Shown here: in pieces, positions 61,689-64,000 of the stretch
Layout: every line of letters starts with the position of its first letter
Position numbering within the stretch: position 1 is the first letter of the stretch
DNA from: a virus
Direction: 5' to 3' (one strand)
Length of the DNA stretch: 64,000 nucleotides
Virus record (IMG/VR): IMGVR_UViG_3300045988_168866
The notes under the pieces: generated by a model
Told to the model about the DNA's origin: nothing
Seen by the model: only the letters and a program-made list of their open reading frames with translations
Database searches by the model: none
Translations under genes and position numbers: made by a program

Positions 61689-63438
61689 GAGGTATTACAG
61701 TTATAGATGAATTAATGAATATAGGTATCTCGTATTGGTTTGGTGTTAAATCCCTATTTGGTTGTTGTAAAGTAAATATATAATAGGAATTTTCAGGATA
61801 TCCATTCTGATTTACATTTAAAGTTATTTGAAGATTTGGGTTAGACATTTTATCTTTAAATGTACATGAATTATTAAATGATACTGGACCTGTTGCTATC
61901 ATTTTATCATCACCAAGATATACATCATAAACACCACTAGAAGCACTGGTATTACCCATTTGTATTTTTATACTAACAATCTTACTATCATCTGTGTAAT
62001 TCCAAATATCCATATTAAAATATAATAATGATAATTCTGGTATTACATCTTCTTCACCTTCAGCTATTTCATTATTATGTGGATATGGATAACCCATTAA
62101 AAATAAATTATCTATATTTACATAATCTACCATAGTTTGATTATCTATTAAAGCATATATATCTGATAACCTTACTACTTTATTAATATCTGAATTTCTT
62201 CTATTATAAGCATTCAATAATGCTGTTTTAACTTGTTCGGTTATATCTTGAGCACTAAATGATTTTTTACCATATACATTACATATTATATAAATTGTAG
62301 CTTGTTTAACTGAATAAACCTCTATACTAGTAGTTATTACTTTAGATCTTGATAGTTTAGCTTTTACTTGATTTAAAAGATTCTGTGAAGCTATAATACC
62401 ATTATCTGGTGTAATATATATTTCTACATATTTACCACAATTATAATTTACATAAGCTTTATCTACACCAGGTTGTAATCTAGCTAAAGCTTCAAAATCT
62501 TCTTTAGTTATAGCTACACCTAAAGTTTTTATTGATAATGGAATATGAGCTTTTAAAGTATCAAAATCCTCATAATCAGAACCACCAGCTGCTGGGTATA
62601 TATTAGTTACCTGAATATCATCATATATATCTAAATATTTCTGTGGTACTTGAGTAAATGAACCAGAATCTAGATTTCCCAAATTACCATAAGTAAGATA
62701 ATAAGTTCCTTCTACTTTACCATTTAAATCAGGTTTCATACCAAATTGACCATCACCAAAAATAATATAAGGTTTTAAATCTTGATCTAACTCAATCTTA
62801 TAAACCTTATCTATTGGAGAAGCATAAGCAAAAGTATCAACTAAGGTCCATGGTTCTTGATCTATATATAATACCATACTACCCTCCATATATTTTTTAT
62901 CAGTTGGTAAATCTGGTAAATATATTTTTATATCTTTAGAAGTTATTTGACCAAGTGATATTCTATTTGGTTCTCCAACTAATTCCTTTTGTACTACACT
63001 TACTATAACAGAATTATTTCCAGTTTCCCAAGTAGTAGTATTACTAGTTAACCATTGTTTACCATCATCTGAAGTAAAAACTGTATTGGCCTCTATATCT
63101 ATATTTGAATCTACTATAGCACCATCACTTCTATATAAAGTTAAATCTACCATAGCAGGATTAGCACTCTTAATATGATAATCCACTAATTTAGCATGAT
63201 TATATACTGATGAATACCTTCTAGCTGTGGGTAAAAAAGCTTCTCTAGCCATATTATCTATATAATAATGTATTACTTCTGCTATAGCTGAAAATATGGA
63301 TACAATAATTATAAAGATATTACCTTCACTAAAATCAGTCATTTCAGGAATTTTATTTCTAAGAGTAGAAATTATTTTGGTCTTAATACTATTAAAAGAC
63401 CTCTGATAAGGTGTTAACCATTCGTTGCTAGTAGCCAT
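61675..63438 (-). CDS. baseplate J-like protein
   Basis: 587 aa directly after the gp25-like gene; the N-terminal region (..DFSEGNIFIIIVSIFSAIAEVIHYYIDNMAREAFLPTA..) fits the Baseplate_J pattern. Confidence 0.65.
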   Translation of the reverse strand: MATSNEWLTPYQRSFNSIKTKIISTLRNKIPEMTDFSEGNIFIIIVSIFSAIAEVIHYYIDNMAREAFLPTARRYSSVYNHAKLVDYHIKSANPAMVDLTLYRSDGAIVDSNIDIEANTVFTSDDGKQWLTSNTTTWETGNNSVIVSVVQKELVGEPNRISLGQITSKDIKIYLPDLPTDKKYMEGSMVLYIDQEPWTLVDTFAYASPIDKVYKIELDQDLKPYIIFGDGQFGMKPDLNGKVEGTYYLTYGNLGNLDSGSFTQVPQKYLDIYDDIQVTNIYPAAGGSDYEDFDTLKAHIPLSIKTLGVAITKEDFEALARLQPGVDKAYVNYNCGKYVEIYITPDNGIIASQNLLNQVKAKLSRSKVITTSIEVYSVKQATIYIICNVYGKKSFSAQDITEQVKTALLNAYNRRNSDINKVVRLSDIYALIDNQTMVDYVNIDNLFLMGYPYPHNNEIAEGEEDVIPELSLLYFNMDIWNYTDDSKIVSIKIQMGNTSASSGVYDVYLGDDKMIATGPVSFNNSCTFKDKMSNPNLQITLNVNQNGYPENSYYIFTLQQPNRDLTPNQYEIPIFINSSITVIPHETV

Positions 63439-63444
63439 AATATT

Positions 63445-63990
63445 TTATATTGTATATTGAAAATTGAGTTCTTCTACTGATTTGCTATTATCTACCATGA
63501 AATGTAGCTTTATATATAATTTATCAGATTCCCTTTGTACAAATGTATCTAGAGCTTTAATTCTTGGTTCCCAATTACTTATACCAGTTTTAATAAAGTC
63601 TCTTACTAAGAAAGCTAATACTTGGGTATTGGGTTCTTCTATACATTCCCAAGTTCTTGAACCAAAATATTCTTGCCTGAATCTTTGGCCAATCTGATAA
63701 GTAAGGATAGCTATTATATTTTGTTTTATTAGTTTTATATCCCCATATAGCATATACCAACCAATTTTATCCACCATTACCATGGTGCCATCTTCATTAT
63801 ATTCTGGTTTATACATTAAGTTGTCATCTTTATCAACTTTTTGTATTGTTTCACCAGTAGTTTCATCTGTATAAGTATCTGGTACCATTTTAGGTACTTG
63901 TTGTGGTTTATTATCACTACCAAGAAAGGTAGTTAATTGAATTGGAAAATAAGCTCCTGAACCAATTGAGTTGAGTTGTTGTAAATTCAT
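63445..63990 (-). CDS. baseplate wedge protein, gp25/GPW family
   Basis: 'GSGAYFPIQL' near the N-terminus, 'IKQNIIAILTYQIGQRFRQEYFGSRTWECIEEP', 'ISNWEPRI': the conserved gp25-like motif series. Confidence 0.8.
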   Translation of the reverse strand: MNLQQLNSIGSGAYFPIQLTTFLGSDNKPQQVPKMVPDTYTDETTGETIQKVDKDDNLMYKPEYNEDGTMVMVDKIGWYMLYGDIKLIKQNIIAILTYQIGQRFRQEYFGSRTWECIEEPNTQVLAFLVRDFIKTGISNWEPRIKALDTFVQRESDKLYIKLHFMVDNSKSVEELNFQYTI

Positions 63991-64000
63991 AGCCTTTAAT

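Noticed and set aside
1-64000. Prophage or temperate lifestyle (integrase, repressor, att sites) or a host defence island
   Set aside because: No integrase, recombinase or excisionase motifs and no cellular flanking genes were recognised. The whole window is phage-like, with a lytic-type replication and recombination module.

Overview
Segment of an AT-rich tailed dsDNA phage genome (over 70% A+T by eye, not computed). There are no rRNA, tRNA, CRISPR, integrase or cellular housekeeping genes. All functional calls come from motif recognition in the supplied translations and from gene order; no database search was possible. About 87 ORFs look real, and over 85% are on the minus strand. Modules, in + strand coordinates: (i) 26-13073, morphogenesis: fibre genes, a PKD-domain protein, major capsid protein, scaffold/protease, portal, and a large terminase interrupted by an HNH-bearing intein. 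(ii) 13504-18282, a + strand island of small orphan ORFs that includes a pentapeptide-repeat protein. (iii) 18405-35633, about 35 small orphan, probably early genes. Embedded in this stretch is a roughly 3-kb ORF-poor zone (19391-22454) packed with short oriented repeats. (iv) 35638-58482, transcription, recombination, replication and nucleotide metabolism. It contains a NusG-like protein, a resolvase-like nuclease, SbcCD-like proteins, a dNMP-kinase-like protein, FEN, RecA interrupted by a LAGLIDADG intein, an SSB-like protein, a GroES-like protein, a free-standing HNH endonuclease and a family A DNA polymerase. It also carries three tandem thymidylate-synthase-fold paralogs, an all-alpha NTP pyrophosphatase, dUTPase, an SF2 helicase, a primase and a DnaB-like helicase. 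(v) 58659-63990, a sigma-like gene (+), an amidase endolysin, and gp25-like and J-like baseplate genes, which implies a contractile-tail type baseplate. Recurrent TAnnTTTG boxes 19-33 nt upstream of start codons match the Bacteroidota -7 promoter consensus and suggest a Bacteroidota host. The strongest novelty candidates are the 1.56-kb ORF-free CCTGA/TCAGG repeat region at 20.9-22.45 kb and the triple TS-fold cluster at 48.3-52.4 kb, which may be a cytosine-directed DNA modification pathway. Next come the two inteins plus a related free-standing homing endonuclease, and the polypurine-plus-triple-palindrome region at 52.9-53.1 kb.
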